NCBI RefSeq assembly: GCF_009914755.1
Contig: NC_060940.1
Length of the DNA: 64,000 nucleotides
From: the human T2T-CHM13v2.0 reference genome, Homo sapiens
Direction: 5' to 3' (one strand)
Position numbers and translations under genes: made by a program. Each line of letters opens with the position of its first letter. The stretch's first letter is position 1. The notes under the pieces were generated by a model. It ran no database searches. It was not told the origin of the DNA and saw only the letters and a program-made list of their open reading frames with translations. Positions 30,667 to 50,070 of the stretch are shown piece after piece.

Positions 30667-31965
30667 TAGTTTTGCAGATTCACACAAACACAAACTAGAA
30701 GTATTATAAGAGATTAACAAACCAAATTCCTACTTTAATCCCCAAGTTACATTAAATGAGCACCTAACGTGTACTTAAGGTATAGTTCCATTTTGGGAAT
30801 TAAAAAAAACTCAATAACTAGAAATACACCAACCCATACTAACCATGAGGAATGTATAATTAATTTAAAAAGAGAGAGGCAATAACTAAGTTTAATATAA
30901 TGTGGAAAGTATGTGAACCAAGTACATTCAGAGCTTGATCCAAGTACTACGGGAGAGGGCGAGGGTTTAGGAATCCAATACAGAAAAAACAAAAAACAGA
31001 GGAAAACTCAGTAGTGGAATTAAGCTAAAACGATTTACATTTCTTCTTTACATCATTGTTAGAAATAGCTTCTTAGGGCTTAAGAGTTCTTGTAAATTAG
31101 TTTGTCCCTCTACTTTGCCTTTCTTGAACCACCTTCAAAATCACTTTGACATACTTTATCACTCCATCTTGACAAACATGGAAAAGGCCAAAACATTACC
31201 TCTAGAGCAGTATTCAAAGTGCGTACACAAGACAGACTAACCAAGAAGAGTTATAAAAACCATGATCCCCTTTAGAATCATACCTCCCAAGGGAAGGGGC
31301 TCAAATGGATACCTGTGTATACAGGAAGCTAAAATCACGTGAGACTACTTTCCATTATGAATTTATCTACTAAATTCGAAAGTGAAATTGAGGAAAGTAA
31401 AACAGTTCCACAGAGTTGTTTCAAGCTATTTAAAAATTGCTCTCTCAATGTACCTGCATTAAAAACATCTAAAGTTAGCTGAATGACTATACTATCACGA
31501 GCATTTCAAAGAAGTCTCCAAGGAACATAACCAGGATCAAAAAGGAAAACATAAATGCCTGTGAAATGGAAAAGATTATGTAAGTAACAAATCTTCCCTT
31601 TCTTCTTCACATTGAATTTAAATTTAAACAGCAATTTCTGAAACAGAAGTTGATGAAAGTCATCTTTACAATGTCAACAGAAAATTTACTAAGGTGAATG
31701 AGAAAATCAGAAGCTAAAATATTATCAAACAAACCTTACTCTTTTTCAAACTGGTTTTTCAATCTTCTCATTTCATAATTCTATAAGTATTTTAGTAGTG
31801 AAAGCAAATGTTCCAAGAATCAGATATCAGAGTTTTCATCATCCTCATTCAATCTTACTTCTGACAAACTCCAAGCATTACACAGATAAATTATCCAAAA
31901 ATATTTTATTAGGAATAGGACATACTCTTAGGCATTAATACTACTTTGTGGTTTTAGGGTCAAGT

Positions 31966-33165
<1,200 letters not shown>

Positions 33166-35045
33166 GGGTCAAGTTTTAAGATAGTCACACTAAGTCACCA
33201 GTGACTGACGAATACAAGCTGTTTTTTGTAACATTTAAGACATACCTAAAATTTGCTCTCTTCCTCTGTGTGCAGTAGGCACAGAGAAGAAATGGAAAAA
33301 CAAAACAAATAACAACAACAAAAAAACCTTACCTAAAAACTAAACAGCAAAAAGAAAAGCTGAAATTTAAAGGGGCAAGCATTATTTCAATATTCCCCCA
33401 TTTATAGTGACTCTGCTTCAAAAACAAGCATTTGCTTTTTGAAGGTGACAAATCTAAGGGAAAATATAAGGTTATATGACTGGAAATAGCATCTGATATA
33501 TACACTCCAGTGATGGATTAACTCTGATCACACTTTATACTTAAGTGGCCAGCCATAGTGCTGAGAACATACCATGTTTAATCTTTAAGAATGTTATCAA
33601 GGCCGGGCGCAGTGGCTCACACCTGTAATCCTAGCACTTTGGGAGGCCGAGGTGGGTGGACTGCCTGAGCTCAGGAGTTCTAGACCAGCCTGCGCAACAC
33701 GGTGAAACCCTGTCTCTACTGAAATACAAAAAATTAGCCAGGCGTAGCGGCGTGAGCCTGTAATCCCAGCTACCCGGGAGGCTGAGGAAGGAGAATCACT
33801 TGAAAGCAGGAGGAGTAGGTTGCAGTGAGCTGAGATCGCGCCACTGCCCTCCAGCCAGGGCAACAAATTGAGATTCTGTCTTAAAAAAAAAAAAGAAAGA
33901 AAGAAAAAAAAAAAGAATGTTATCAAAGTTATCAAATGTTGAAAAAGAAAGATAAAGGTTTGGGGGAAAAAAGTACAATGGGGGAGATGCACACAAAAGG
34001 AGGGCATCCGTTTTTCCGCAGCAATCTCCAAATCTCCAAAAGCAAAACTCCACACTGTTGCATGAGTTAAAGAACAGAAGGAAAAAAGTAATCAATTACA
34101 TGCATCTGCCCCTTAGGTAACAATCTCAAATATTTCAATGGAGTACTACTACTCCACTTAAAGCGACTTGAAAAACCTACCTGAAACATTTCTAACCACA
34201 ACTCTAGCAGACGCTTTAATAAGACCAGAGTAAACAGTCCAGCTTTTATATCCAAATTCCACACAATTAATGGAAAACTTTTACTTCAAACTCTTCTCAG
34301 CAGAAGCATTCTAGTCAGCCATTAGCAACAAGCCTAAGAGATCGAAGTTTTCAGCCCCCTTTGTAACAAATACAGTGCCTGAAGAAGTGGTTCCCAAACT
34401 TAACTGGTCAGAACAGGTAGGAGAGTTTTGAAAACTATGGGTCACCGCCCCCACCCCACCCCCGCCAATATTCTGATGGAGTAAATTTGACATAGACACT
34501 GACAATTTAATTTTTACAAAGTTTTTCTATATGACTCTCTTTTTTGGGGAGTAGGGGGGAGAGTCTCACTCTGACACCCAGGCTGGAGTGCAGTGGTGCT
34601 ATCTCGGCTCAACACAACCTCCTCTGACTCTCACGTTCAAGCAGTTCTCGTGCCTCAACCTCCCAAGTAGCTGGAACTACAGATGCGTGCCACCAACCCC
34701 AGCTAATTTTTGTGTTTTTAGTAGAGATGGGGTTTTGTCACGTTAACCAGGCTGGTCTCAAACTCCTGGCTTCAAGTGATCTGCCCACCTCGCCTCCCAA
34801 AGCACTGGTATTACAGGTGTGAGCAATCACACCCCGCCAAATGGCTCTTAATGTTACAATTTTCTTTGAATTTCAAAGCTATTTTACGAAGAGAATTTTC
34901 CATGTTTCTGGCCTTTTTACATCTTCCTGTAGCAAGTACAAATGTTGCCATTTATCAGTGTTTAATCCGGTTACCCCTGGATAAAAGCTGCACCTATTTT
35001 GTTAGCTTTTAGAACAGTTTCGCACACGGTCAGATGCACATCTAA

Positions 35046-35496
<451 letters not shown>

Positions 35497-36185
35497 TAAA
35501 CAAAGTTTTGTCTTAAAATTTTGTTTAAAAATTTTTTTAAATCAGCCAGGCGTGGTGGCATGCACCTGTAGTCTCAACTACTCAGGAGGCTCAGGCACCA
35601 GGATCGCTTGAGCCTCCTGTTGAAGGCTGCAGTGAACTACGATTGCACCACTGCACTCCAGCCTGAGTGACAGAGTAAGATCCTGTCTCTTAATTTAAAA
35701 AAAAAAAAAAAAAAAATTGCAGCTTTATGATATGAACAATCACCTTAATGAAAACATGCAATTGAAATTCTGTAAATTTTAACAGGCCTGCAACTGATTG
35801 GGTAGACCTTTTTAAAAGTCACCTTTATTTATTTTATTTTTTTGTTTAGAGACAGGTCTTGCTCTATCGCCCAAGCTGAAGTACAATGGCATGATCACAG
35901 TTCACTGTTAGTTCACAGTTAGTAACCTCTAACTCTTGGGCTCAGGCCATCCTGCTGCCTCAGCCTCCCAAGTAGCTACAACTACAGGCATATGCCACCA
36001 CATGAGGCTAATTTTTTACTTTTTTTTTTTTTTTTGAGCTGGAGTCTCACTCTGTCGCCCAGGCTGGAGCGGGGTTTCACCGTATTGCCCTGGCTAGTGT
36101 CAAACTCCTGAGCTCAGGCCATCCGCCTGCCTCAGCTTCCTAAAGTGCTGGAATTACATGCATGAGCCACTGTACCCTACCCTAA

Positions 36186-36326
<141 letters not shown>

Positions 36327-36519
36327 TAATATTCAGAAATAACTGCCTGGTTTATACACACACACACCTAAAATCATCATTTTTGAAAAGCAAGCTTGTT
36401 ACAACTGCACTACCACTATGTAGGCCTGACAACATAAAATCTATATAGACCAGAGTCTGTTTCTTCATTCTTCTGGCAGAAAAACAAAAAACAAAAACCT
36501 GACATTCCTAGTGAATCCA

Positions 36520-38260
<1,741 letters not shown>

Positions 38261-39394
38261 GTACTAGCTTAAGTACTTTATTTTAAGAAAAAAATTCCTT
38301 AATGTGAGAAAGCGTGTCTACTAAACCCTATGACAGTCACCCACATATTACTGTAGAGCATTTGTTTACGGCTTTAACAAGAGTGGCTATTATCATCACT
38401 TATTTGCAATAATGTACTACCTGTACAGTGTAATAAGAAAATAAGAAAATGTATAAGGATATCAACGGAAAAAAAAGAACTGCCATTGTTTGCAGACAAT
38501 AGTAGTATTGACTACATGGAAACAATGACGTCCACAGAGACTCTTAGAACCAAGTTCAATAATGTGGCAAAGTAGATAAATATTATTAAAAATCAATTAT
38601 ATCACTACAGATCTACAACATAATTATTTAAAATTTTAAAGGATACTATTTGCAACAGAAACAAGAGCTCTAAAGAACCTACAAATATATTTCTCCAAAG
38701 ATGTGTTAAGACTTAAAAATCCTGTGTTTTAAAGGAAATTTTTTTTTAATTTTTTAAAAAGATGTATAAGACTGTACAGAAAACATTGTAAAATTTAGAG
38801 AAGCTAAAGAAGTGCAGTCCTATGCTACACAGATGGAAGGGAAGAATATCCTACACAGGTAATTGGGTATGGCAAGCAAGGCTAGAACTGAGGAAAAACA
38901 GAATCAGGCCCAGCCTAAAAGCAGCACACTACTGACATATGGAAATGTAGATTTCCATTCCACAAATCTTACTATGTTTCTAAGAGAAACTAGAAGTCCA
39001 GATTTCTATGGAAATTCTTTTTTCTTTTTTATGTACTGGCAGAAACAATTTTAAATACCACACAGGACAAAAAAGAACACATCTGTGGAAGAATTTGGCC
39101 CCGAGCCACCAGTTTTCTACTCCTGCAATCTACCTACTTATCTTTAGATAATTCATTAATATTTCTGGGTTGTGCTTAACCTACACACGCAAAAGGTTAC
39201 ACACACTACAGGAAATCTATCACCACTTTTGTTATAAAAATGCTGAGGATACTGTCTCTTACATTATTAAGAGACTCCTAGACAAAAGGTCCATATAAAA
39301 AATCTCTTAGAATTCAGTGCTTCAAAAAACATTGCCGTCCTTTAGGAAATGGTAAAATGCATAACATGAGGCTTTTTATATACAAAATGTGTCT

Positions 39395-39550
39395 AACACT
39401 TATAACTTAATCTTCATAATAACACTATAAAGTAGGCATTAAGATTGTCCCCATTTTACAGATGAGGAAACTGAGACACAGAAAGGTTAAAGATCTTGCT
39501 CAAAGCCAGAAGTCACATCCAGGCAATCTGGTTCTCTGCAGTTTTGCTCT
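39395..39550 (-). mobile_element. MIR
   Basis: Core 'ccccattttacagatgaggaaactgagacacagaaaggttaaa'. Confidence 0.85.
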
Positions 39551-39605
39551 TCCATCTTGGCAATAACAACTACCTGAGAGGTGACTGTCTCTTTTCTTGC
39601 CTTAG

Positions 39606-40064
<459 letters not shown>

Positions 40065-40094
40065 TAAGTTTTATTGCAAAACTTAAGACTTTTA

Positions 40095-40492
40095 AAATAT
40101 AGCTACTAGAAATTTTTAAATTTCTATGTAGCTTGTGTTTTATTTCTATCAGCACCATACTAGATACTGTAGTAAAAAGTTTTAAAAAGGTGAAATTAGT
40201 TTTAATAATATTCTTTAATCAATATATCTAAAATATCATTTCAACGTATGATCAACACAAAAATTATAATTAGGTATTTTACACTTGCTTTTGCACTAAA
40301 GCTTCTATATACAGTATGTACTTTACACTTACAGCACATCTCAATTTGTACATTTTCATCAGAAATAGCTAAACTAAAAAGAAAAAAAAAGAAATAGCTG
40401 AACTGTATTTAGATTTCATAAAATTTACTATTTATAAAGTAGACTCACATACCCAAGTTGTTTAAAACATATTTAAAAGTCTTCCAATAACT
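40095..40492. mobile_element. MER33-like hAT-Charlie element
   Basis: 'aggtgaaattagttttaataatatt...tttacacttacagcacatctcaattt...tgtatttagatttcataaaattta'. Confidence 0.7.
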
Positions 40493-40667
40493 AGGCTGGG
40501 TGTGGTGGCTCACACCTGTAATTCCAGCACTTTGGGAGGCCAAGACGGTGGATCATTTGAGGTCAGGAGTTCAAGACTAGTCTGGACAACATGGTGAAAC
40601 CCTGTCTCTACCAAAAATACAAAAATTAGCCGGGTGTGGTGGCAGGTGCCTGTAGCCCAGCTACTCA

Positions 40668-40772
<105 letters not shown>

Positions 40773-40863
40773 TCAAAAAAAAAAAAAAAAAAAAAAAGTG
40801 GGCTGGGAATGGTGGCTCACGCCTGTAATCCCAGCACTTTGGGAGGCCGAGGCGGGCAGATCA

Positions 40864-41132
<269 letters not shown>

Positions 41133-41569
41133 TCATACGTGCAGGTGACAAAATCTAGATATGAACCTTTTAAAGGCATATTATAAAGGTAATTCCAACG
41201 GATGGGGTACCAAATTACTGATATGAACAAGATGGTGACTCATTGAAACAGAGGAAACAGAATAAGAACTTAAAATTATGATTCCCAGTCCCATTCAGAA
41301 AAATATTTTATGATAAAATTTTAGCACAGTTTTCTCGAGCATTTACTTTCTAAGAATTAAATATTTTATCAAATAATTAAGTCCCAAAATACCCCCAAAT
41401 GCCACCTAACCTTAAAAGCACATTCTATTTAAACATATTAAAGAAATGAATCTTAGAAAATATAGAGAGATTTTTTACAAAATGAAATATCCCCCAAAGT
41501 CTTAAATCTACTCTGATTCCAAATTCAAGAATTTGCCCTTAGTCCAGGGACTGTGGCTTACACCTATAA

Positions 41570-41871
<302 letters not shown>

Positions 41872-42255
41872 TAGCCTCTATCTCTTGACCTCATGATCCA
41901 CCCACCTCGGCCTCCCAAAGTGCTGGGTGTACAGGCGTGAGCCACCGCACCCAGCCCAAATTTTTTTTTTAATTAGCTGACCGGGCACAATAGTGCACGC
42001 CTGTAATCTCAGTACTTTGAGAGGCCAAGACACATGGATTGCTTGAGCTCAAGAGTTCAAAATGAGCCTGAGCAACACAGCAAAGCCCTGTCTCTATAAA
42101 AAATACAAAAATTAGCCGGGTGTGGTTCCCAGAAGGTCGAGGCTGCAGTGAGCCCAGTAGAAAGTAAGCCTGAGGTGTCCACTGCACAATCCAGCCTGGG
42201 CAACAGAGTGAGATCCCGTCTCAAAAAATTAGCTGGGCCCGGGCACAGTGGCTCA

Positions 42256-42537
<282 letters not shown>

Positions 42538-44468
42538 TTAGCTGGGTGTGGTGCCATGCACCTGCAGTCCCAGTGACTCGAGAGGCTGAGGTAGGAGAAC
42601 TTGAGCCCAGTAGGTTGAGGTGACAGTGAGCCATCACAGAGCCACAGCATGGGCCATAGAGCAAGACCCTGCCTCTAAAAACAACAAAAAAAGAATATGC
42701 TCTTAAAGAACTTCCTTGGGAATATGTAAATGTACTGCTTCCAAAATGTTAATAATGCTTATCGCTGAGGAATTAAGAGTCTTCTCCCTCACTAGACTTT
42801 TTTATAGCCCAATTTCTAATATATCAGATTTCTGTAAATCTAACCTAATACTTAAAATCAATCAACCGATCAACAAGAACACGTAGGCATCTATTTGCTT
42901 TATACTATGACACACAGTATATGGATAACCACCTGGATCAATTTTTGATGTGGTAAAGCTTATAACTGAAACATCAGAGCCTCAGGGTTTCATTCCACTC
43001 CTAACACTCTACGAATGAAATATGAAATATATTTCAAAGAACATATTATATTTTTAGAAACTATTCATGTGAAAGAGAAGAATGCTATTTTGACACTAAT
43101 TCTGTCCCAAACCAAATATATGACTATATTGATGACCCAGCAGTTGCTTCTGCCTGGCTCCTTTTCTTTTGATCCAGTCCCCTTTCCTCTGATACTAACA
43201 CATCAATTTTTCTTTGGGAAATTAATGGACTCCCACTCTTGATCATGTATTTCTAAAGATGTTGACCCCACTCCAAACCCCAAGATGACCATAAAACCCA
43301 AGTCAGTCTGATAAGATTAAATCCCAGTACTTTTTTGTTTTAACTTGGGGGCAGGAGATCTCCTTCCACTGAAATTACTGACCTAAACAGAAAATAAGCT
43401 GATGACTATCTTTCCTGATAGTGTTGCACATTCTTTCTTTCAGTTGGGCAGTCTGTTCCTTAGAGAGACTATTTAGCATATAATACAATTCTTAAATTAT
43501 TAAAATAAAATTTAATAGCACTAATATGAAATAAAAAAACCCCACTATTTCCTTTTCCATGACTAAATCCCACTTATGACAATATAAACATGCAAAGAAG
43601 AAAGTACTTATCATTGAGACTATCATTCTCAAAGCCCAGAATGGACATCTTAGATAGTAACCATTTGTGCATGGGAGAGAATCAGCTGCCAGATCTGCTC
43701 TAGTTACAGCAATCAAGGCACAAAGTAACTAGAACAAAATAGACGCCACCAATTGGCAACCACCTAATTTCCTTAACTGAAAAACATATTGTGAACTTCT
43801 CCACACAACGCTGTGCCCAGATAAAGCAATTAAGAAGACATTTAGCAAGCTTTTTTTTAAAAAAAAAAGAAATAGGATCTTACTCTATTGCCCAGGCTGG
43901 AGTACAGTGGTGCAATCGTAGCTCAATGAGGCCTCAAAACTCCTGGGGCACAAGCAATCCTCTTGACTTAGCTTCCTGAGTAGCTGGGACTAAAGGCATG
44001 CTCTACCACACCATGCTTTTTTTTTTTTTAAGAGCAGGGTCTCACTATGTTGCCCAGGCTGATCTCAAACTCCTGGCCTCAAGTGATTCTCCCACTTCAG
44101 TGTCCCAAGTAGCTGGGATTACAGGCACAAGCCACCATGCCCAGCAAGAAACATTTTCTTAAATATTCATTATAGTCCAGGTACTCTGGCAGAACCACCA
44201 CATAATCCTGGTCAATCTTTAAGCAAGCTAGCTGCCACCATCAAAACATTCTCTCATCCGTATAATGAGACTCCCAGTGGAAAGGATAATTGATAGCAAT
44301 ATCATGCCTTTCCAGGTCTGTGGCTTGCTCTCTCAATCTTACCCTCAGTTCCACAATGATCAGACTACAAGGCTATCAAAAGTACCTCCCCACCAGAAAA
44401 AGATGGACAATCCCTGAGCAACAATGTCAAAGAATACCCTTGCTACATGTAGTCTCAGCCCAGCCTAC

Positions 44469-44669
44469 CTGTCCAAAGTGAGCAGGGTAGCCCAGCATGT
44501 GCATATACAGTAATTTTGCCACATTCCGACATCGGTATGTATTGTCTTCTTCTCTAAAAGATGACCGGATTGCAGCACATTCTTTCTGGATCATTTCTCG
44601 TTCTTCAGCTTGGGTTCGGGCTGTCCGGATGGTCCGGATCAGCTCCCGCAATCTGATGGGGGCTGGCAT
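44469..44669 (-). CDS. AP1G1: AP1G1 exon 2, coding part (c.1-201, [10 protein letters not shown]...YPAHFGQ); the exon starts at 44672 with a 3-nt UTR, AGG
   Basis: Translation matches the gamma-1 adaptin N-terminus. Acceptor ccag|AGGATG, donor CAG|gtaggc. Confidence 0.98.
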
Positions 44670-45359
44670 CCTCTGGATATGGAAAGACATTAAATAGAGA
44701 TGTTCACATTTTTTACTACCAAAGCTATTCACACAACTTCCCATTTAAATTTTTGACTAGTTTTTAAGAATTCAAGACTTGCCAAATCCAGCTTAGCGAA
44801 GCTAAACAAAGCGTGCTAAGCTTCCGCAAAGCTATTACATACAGACCTCTCAACTCTGTACATTTCTGGAAAGGCTACAAACAAATATGGTTAAGTATTA
44901 AATTAAGCAAAATAAAACAAAGAATACACTAAATATGTAAAGTCTATCACTAATATCAAAATATCTCAGAAACTAATACAACTCAAATCTTTACTCAATC
45001 CTTAAAGTAATAAGGAAAGGCCTATGCCTAACCTTAGAAAAGATAGATATTATCTGTTCAACTGCTGTTAAACATAACATAGCTCAACAAAAATAAATAT
45101 GGTCACAATCATAGCTCAACTCAACAAAATATGAGAGATTAAGAGAGAAGACCAATTGTCAGATTAAAACACATTCAACAAACTGTAACCATCCCAGTAC
45201 ACTGTGTGTATACTTTGAAAATGTGATGAGAAAAAAATAAACTAACCTCAGAAAATAAGGCTATTAGTGTCATGAATATCTTTTAAAAGTAAAAAAAAAA
45301 AACGTTAATAAGGGACATATAACAGCCTAAATAATTGTTAACAAACAGAAAAAACAGAA

Positions 45360-46125
45360 CGTGCACTACCTAATTTCAAGAATTACTACAAAGCTATAGT
45401 AATCAGGGAAATGTGGAACTAACTGAATGTAAGAATAGACTGAAGCAGGCCAGGCACGGTGGCTCACGCCTGTAATCCCAGCACTTTGGGAGGCCAAGGT
45501 GGGCGGATCACCTGAGGTCGGGAGTTCGAGACCAGCCTGACCAACATGGAGAAACCCCATCTCTACTAAAAATACAAAATTAGCCGGCCATGGTGGCACA
45601 TGCCTGTAATCCCAGCTACTCAGGAGAATTGCTTGAACCCAGGAGGTGGAGGTTTCAGTGAGCCAAGATTGCACCATTGCCCTCTAGCCTGAGCAACAAG
45701 AGTGAAACTCCATCTCAAAAAAAAAAAAAAAAGAATAGAAACAAAACTGAAAGTTTAGGAATAAACCCACACAAATATACACAAGTGATTTTTAACAAAG
45801 AGGCCAAAGTTATTCAATAGGAGCAAGATAGTCTTTCAATGAATGGTGCTGGCAACTATTTCTCTCCATGGGGGAAAAAAATTAACCTCAATCCTAACCA
45901 CACACAATACACAAAAATTAACTAAAAATGGATCACAAACCTAAAAGTCAAAGCTAAAACTAAAAATCTTCCAGAAGAAAACACAGAGGAAAATCTTTGT
46001 AAACAGGTTAAACAGAGAGACTTCACACACAACCACAAAGTATAAAAGAAAAACTTAATAACTGTACCCTATCAAAGTTTAAAATTTTTGCTCTCCAAAG
46101 GACATCATTATGAAAATAGGACACA
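45360..46125 (+). mobile_element. Old L1 ORF2 fragment interrupted by an Alu (45448-45732)
   Basis: 'ctacctaatttcaagaattactacaaagctatagtaatc...gaataaacccacacaaatata...atagtctttcaatgaatggtgctgg'. Confidence 0.75.
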
Positions 46126-46930
46126 CCAGCTGGGCACAGTGGCTCACGCCTTTAATGCCAGCACTTTGGGAGGCCAAGGCAGGCAGATCACCTGAGGTCA
46201 GAAGTTCGAAACCAGCCTGGCCAACATTGCAAAACCCTGTCTCTACAAAAAATACAAAAATTAGCTGGGCATGGTGGCACACACCTGTAGGCTCAGCTAC
46301 TTGGGATACTGAGGGAGGAGGATTGCTTGAGCCTGGGAGGCAAGACTGCAGTGAGCCAAGATCACACCACTGCAATCCAGCCTGGGCAACAGAGCAAGAC
46401 TGTCTCAAAAAAACAAAAAAAAAAAACAAAAAAAACAAAAACAAAAAATCCTCACAGAACTGTAAAACAATAAACCAGAAGAGTCAATTTTACCATATGT
46501 TAACTTTAAAGAGTTTATTTTAAAGTAAACAAAAAAGCCCTTGAACTAAACAATTGAGACCTATTTGATCAGTTATAGAATATATACCTGAGAAAATTAC
46601 TAGTTATTCTAACCTGCTTAAAGGCATATTTAACCACTCAAGTAACAAAACATTACTGTAAAATCTTGTGAAGAATGTTGTATGTAGATAGGGAAACGCT
46701 GTCTCTACAAATAATAAAAAAAAGTTAGCCGAACATAGTGGCACACGACTACTGTCCCAGCTACTCAGGAGATTGAGGCAGGAGGATAGCCTGAGCCCTA
46801 GAGGCTGAGGCTGCAGTAAGCTGTGACACTGTATCCTGGGTGACAGAGTGAGACCCTGTCTCAAAAAAAAAAAAAAAAAAGTTGTGTGTAATGGGTATAT
46901 TAAGATATGGTCACACGGCTGGGCCTATAA

Positions 46931-47278
<348 letters not shown>

Positions 47279-48893
47279 TGAAGGTAGTCTCACCTCAAAA
47301 ATGAAGTCATTTTCGGAGTCAATAAACTAGAGACGTGAACTATGGGGGATGGAAGGCTAAAATAAGGTTCTATTAATCTGAACCATAAAGGTGTCAAGAT
47401 GTCTACACAGGAGTTTCAGTATGGCAGGTTGAAAGACCGTGCCCTCCAAACACAGGCAGGTCAAAAAAGCCACCAGTTAAGCTATGTCCCTTTTGGCATT
47501 CTAAACTGGTAAAATCAGACTGAAAGAGAAGATAATGCTTAACATATGTGGAGAAGGGCAATGACAAATCTTCAGGAATTTTTACTTATTTCTACCCTAG
47601 ATATATAAGAAAGTCTATTCTGAAAATCCCAGCCCTTTCCAACCCTGAAAAACAAAGAAATGTGAGTCCGTATTTTGGCCAAAGCACTGAAAGGAAGGAG
47701 GCACACCACAGGAACCAAGCATTGGAAGTAACAGGAAGTTAAAGAATTACAAGTGAGGAGGCCGGGTGCAGTGGCTCACACCTGTAATCCTAGCACTTTG
47801 GGAGCATTGAGATGGGTGGATCACCTGAGGTCAGGAGTTCGAGACCAGCCTGGCCAACATGGCAAAACCCCGTCTCTACTAAAGATACAAAAAATATCCA
47901 GGCGTGGTGGCGCACACCTGTGATCCCAGCTCCTACAGAGGCTGAGGCAGGAGAATCGCTTTAACCCGGGAAGTGGAGATTGCAGTGAGTCAAGATCGCA
48001 CCACTGCACTCCAGCCAGGGTGACGGAGCGAGACTCTGTCAAAAAGAAAGAAAAAAAAAAGGAATTACAAGTGAGGCTGGGCACGGTGGCTCACACCTGC
48101 AATCACAGCACTTTGGGACACAGACCCGAGCAGATCGCTTGAGCCCAAGAGTTCAAGAATAGCCTGGGTGACATGCTGAAACCCTGTCTCTACAGAACAT
48201 AAACAAAATGAGCCAGGCATGGTGGCATGCACCTGTGGTCCCAGCTACTTGGGAGGCTGAGGTGGGAGGATGACCTGAGCCTAGGAGTGAGGCTGCAGTG
48301 AGCTGAGATCAGGCCACTGCACTCCAGCCTGGGCGATGGCACAAGATCCTGTCTCAAAAAACAGAAAAAGCAAACAAACAAAACAAATAACAATAATAAA
48401 CTCCAACCTTTTTTTAAAAAGTCCGGAACACAGTAATGAAACTATACAGAACATAGCTGAGAATCCAAAAACACATTTTTATTATCTCAAGCAGCCAATA
48501 TAGAGAGTGACACATCAACACACTATAACATCTACTTTACTCCAGATAGAAGTCCTCATTCAGCCCGTTCTGGAATAGAAGCTACAAATCAGAAAACTGT
48601 AAGGGAAAGAGGGGAGGAGGGTGGACCCAGGAGATAGAAACTGCTTTAGAAAAGGGTATCTATGATAGTTAAAAATGTCACCCAACACCAAGGGAAGAAA
48701 CAAAAGCAGCAACAAAAACAAACAAATAAATAAAAACCTATATACAGCAGAAACAAGCATTTTTAAAACAGTCTGGAGCTACTTAGTGTGTAACCAAAAA
48801 GTAGCCAACTCCCACTAAGGTCCTAAGAGCACCAATAAATTATAAACAGTACCACAATATAGTTTTTGTTGTTGTTTTTTGCTTTCTTTTTGA

Positions 48894-49070
<177 letters not shown>

Positions 49071-50023
49071 TGATTTTTGTATTTTTTTTAGAGATGAGGT
49101 TTCATCATGTTGCCCAGGCTGGTCTCAAACTCCTGAGCTCAAGTGATCCACCCACCTTGGCCTCCCAAAGCCCTGGGATTACAGGCATGAGCAACCGCAC
49201 CTGGACCATAATGTGGTTTTATAAAAAGACCTTGATTCTCCAAGAAGTGGTTAAAATAAGATTAACATTTAACATTCAATGCACAGGGAAAAAACATGAA
49301 TACAAAATTATATCTGTATTATAACCAACTTCTAAAAATCTTACAGTTCAGATACCATCTGCCCTTACTAATTTAACTACCTGACCCATCAAAGACTGAG
49401 AAAGGTATGTTAAAGTCTACCACTATGATTGTGCTTCTGTCAATTTCTCCATTTACATATAACCACTTACATTTAGTATTTCGATGGTTTCACTCTATGC
49501 TTAAGTGTTCCATATTTTATATTCATTATGGCTTGTACACTATAACAAAATAAAATGTCCCTCTTTGTCCTGTTTTTTTAAAGCAAATAATAAAAACATC
49601 TCTTAAAACAAGGATGGAAAGCGAACACAAAAATATTAAAAGTCTGACTTAAGGGACACGGATTATAGATTAATGTGTTTCAGTTTTTATTAACAGTTAT
49701 ATGATAAATAATGATAAAAACAGAGGAAAAAAGGAAACATAAAATTCATTTTAGAAAAATTTCTATCCAAAATGGTTAAGCAAAATTGGGTTTTGGAGCT
49801 TAAACTAAATAAGATTACTTTATATGCCCAAAGAATCAAAATTATAAACAAACTAAAGGAAAAAAATGTAAATAGAAGAAAAAAATAATGTGTGCATGTT
49901 TTAATTCTCCTAAAATTTATGGCCAAAATGGTGAAGATGGCTATTTTCCAACATCTCCACAAATCCCTTTAAGGATAAAGATTTTTCTCATACAGCAATA
50001 CCATTCTCAGGCCATGAGAAGTG

Positions 50024-50024
<1 letters not shown>

Positions 50025-50065
<41 letters not shown>
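50025..50065 (+). repeat. (T)41 mononucleotide run
   Basis: Uninterrupted T run counted directly. Confidence 0.95.

Positions 50066-50070
<5 letters not shown>

Noticed and set aside
44670-44744. Upstream in-frame ATG extending exon 2 (MGSCVNSF...)
   Set aside because: It lies in intron 1 upstream of the ccag acceptor at 44673-44674; the frame is open by chance read-through.
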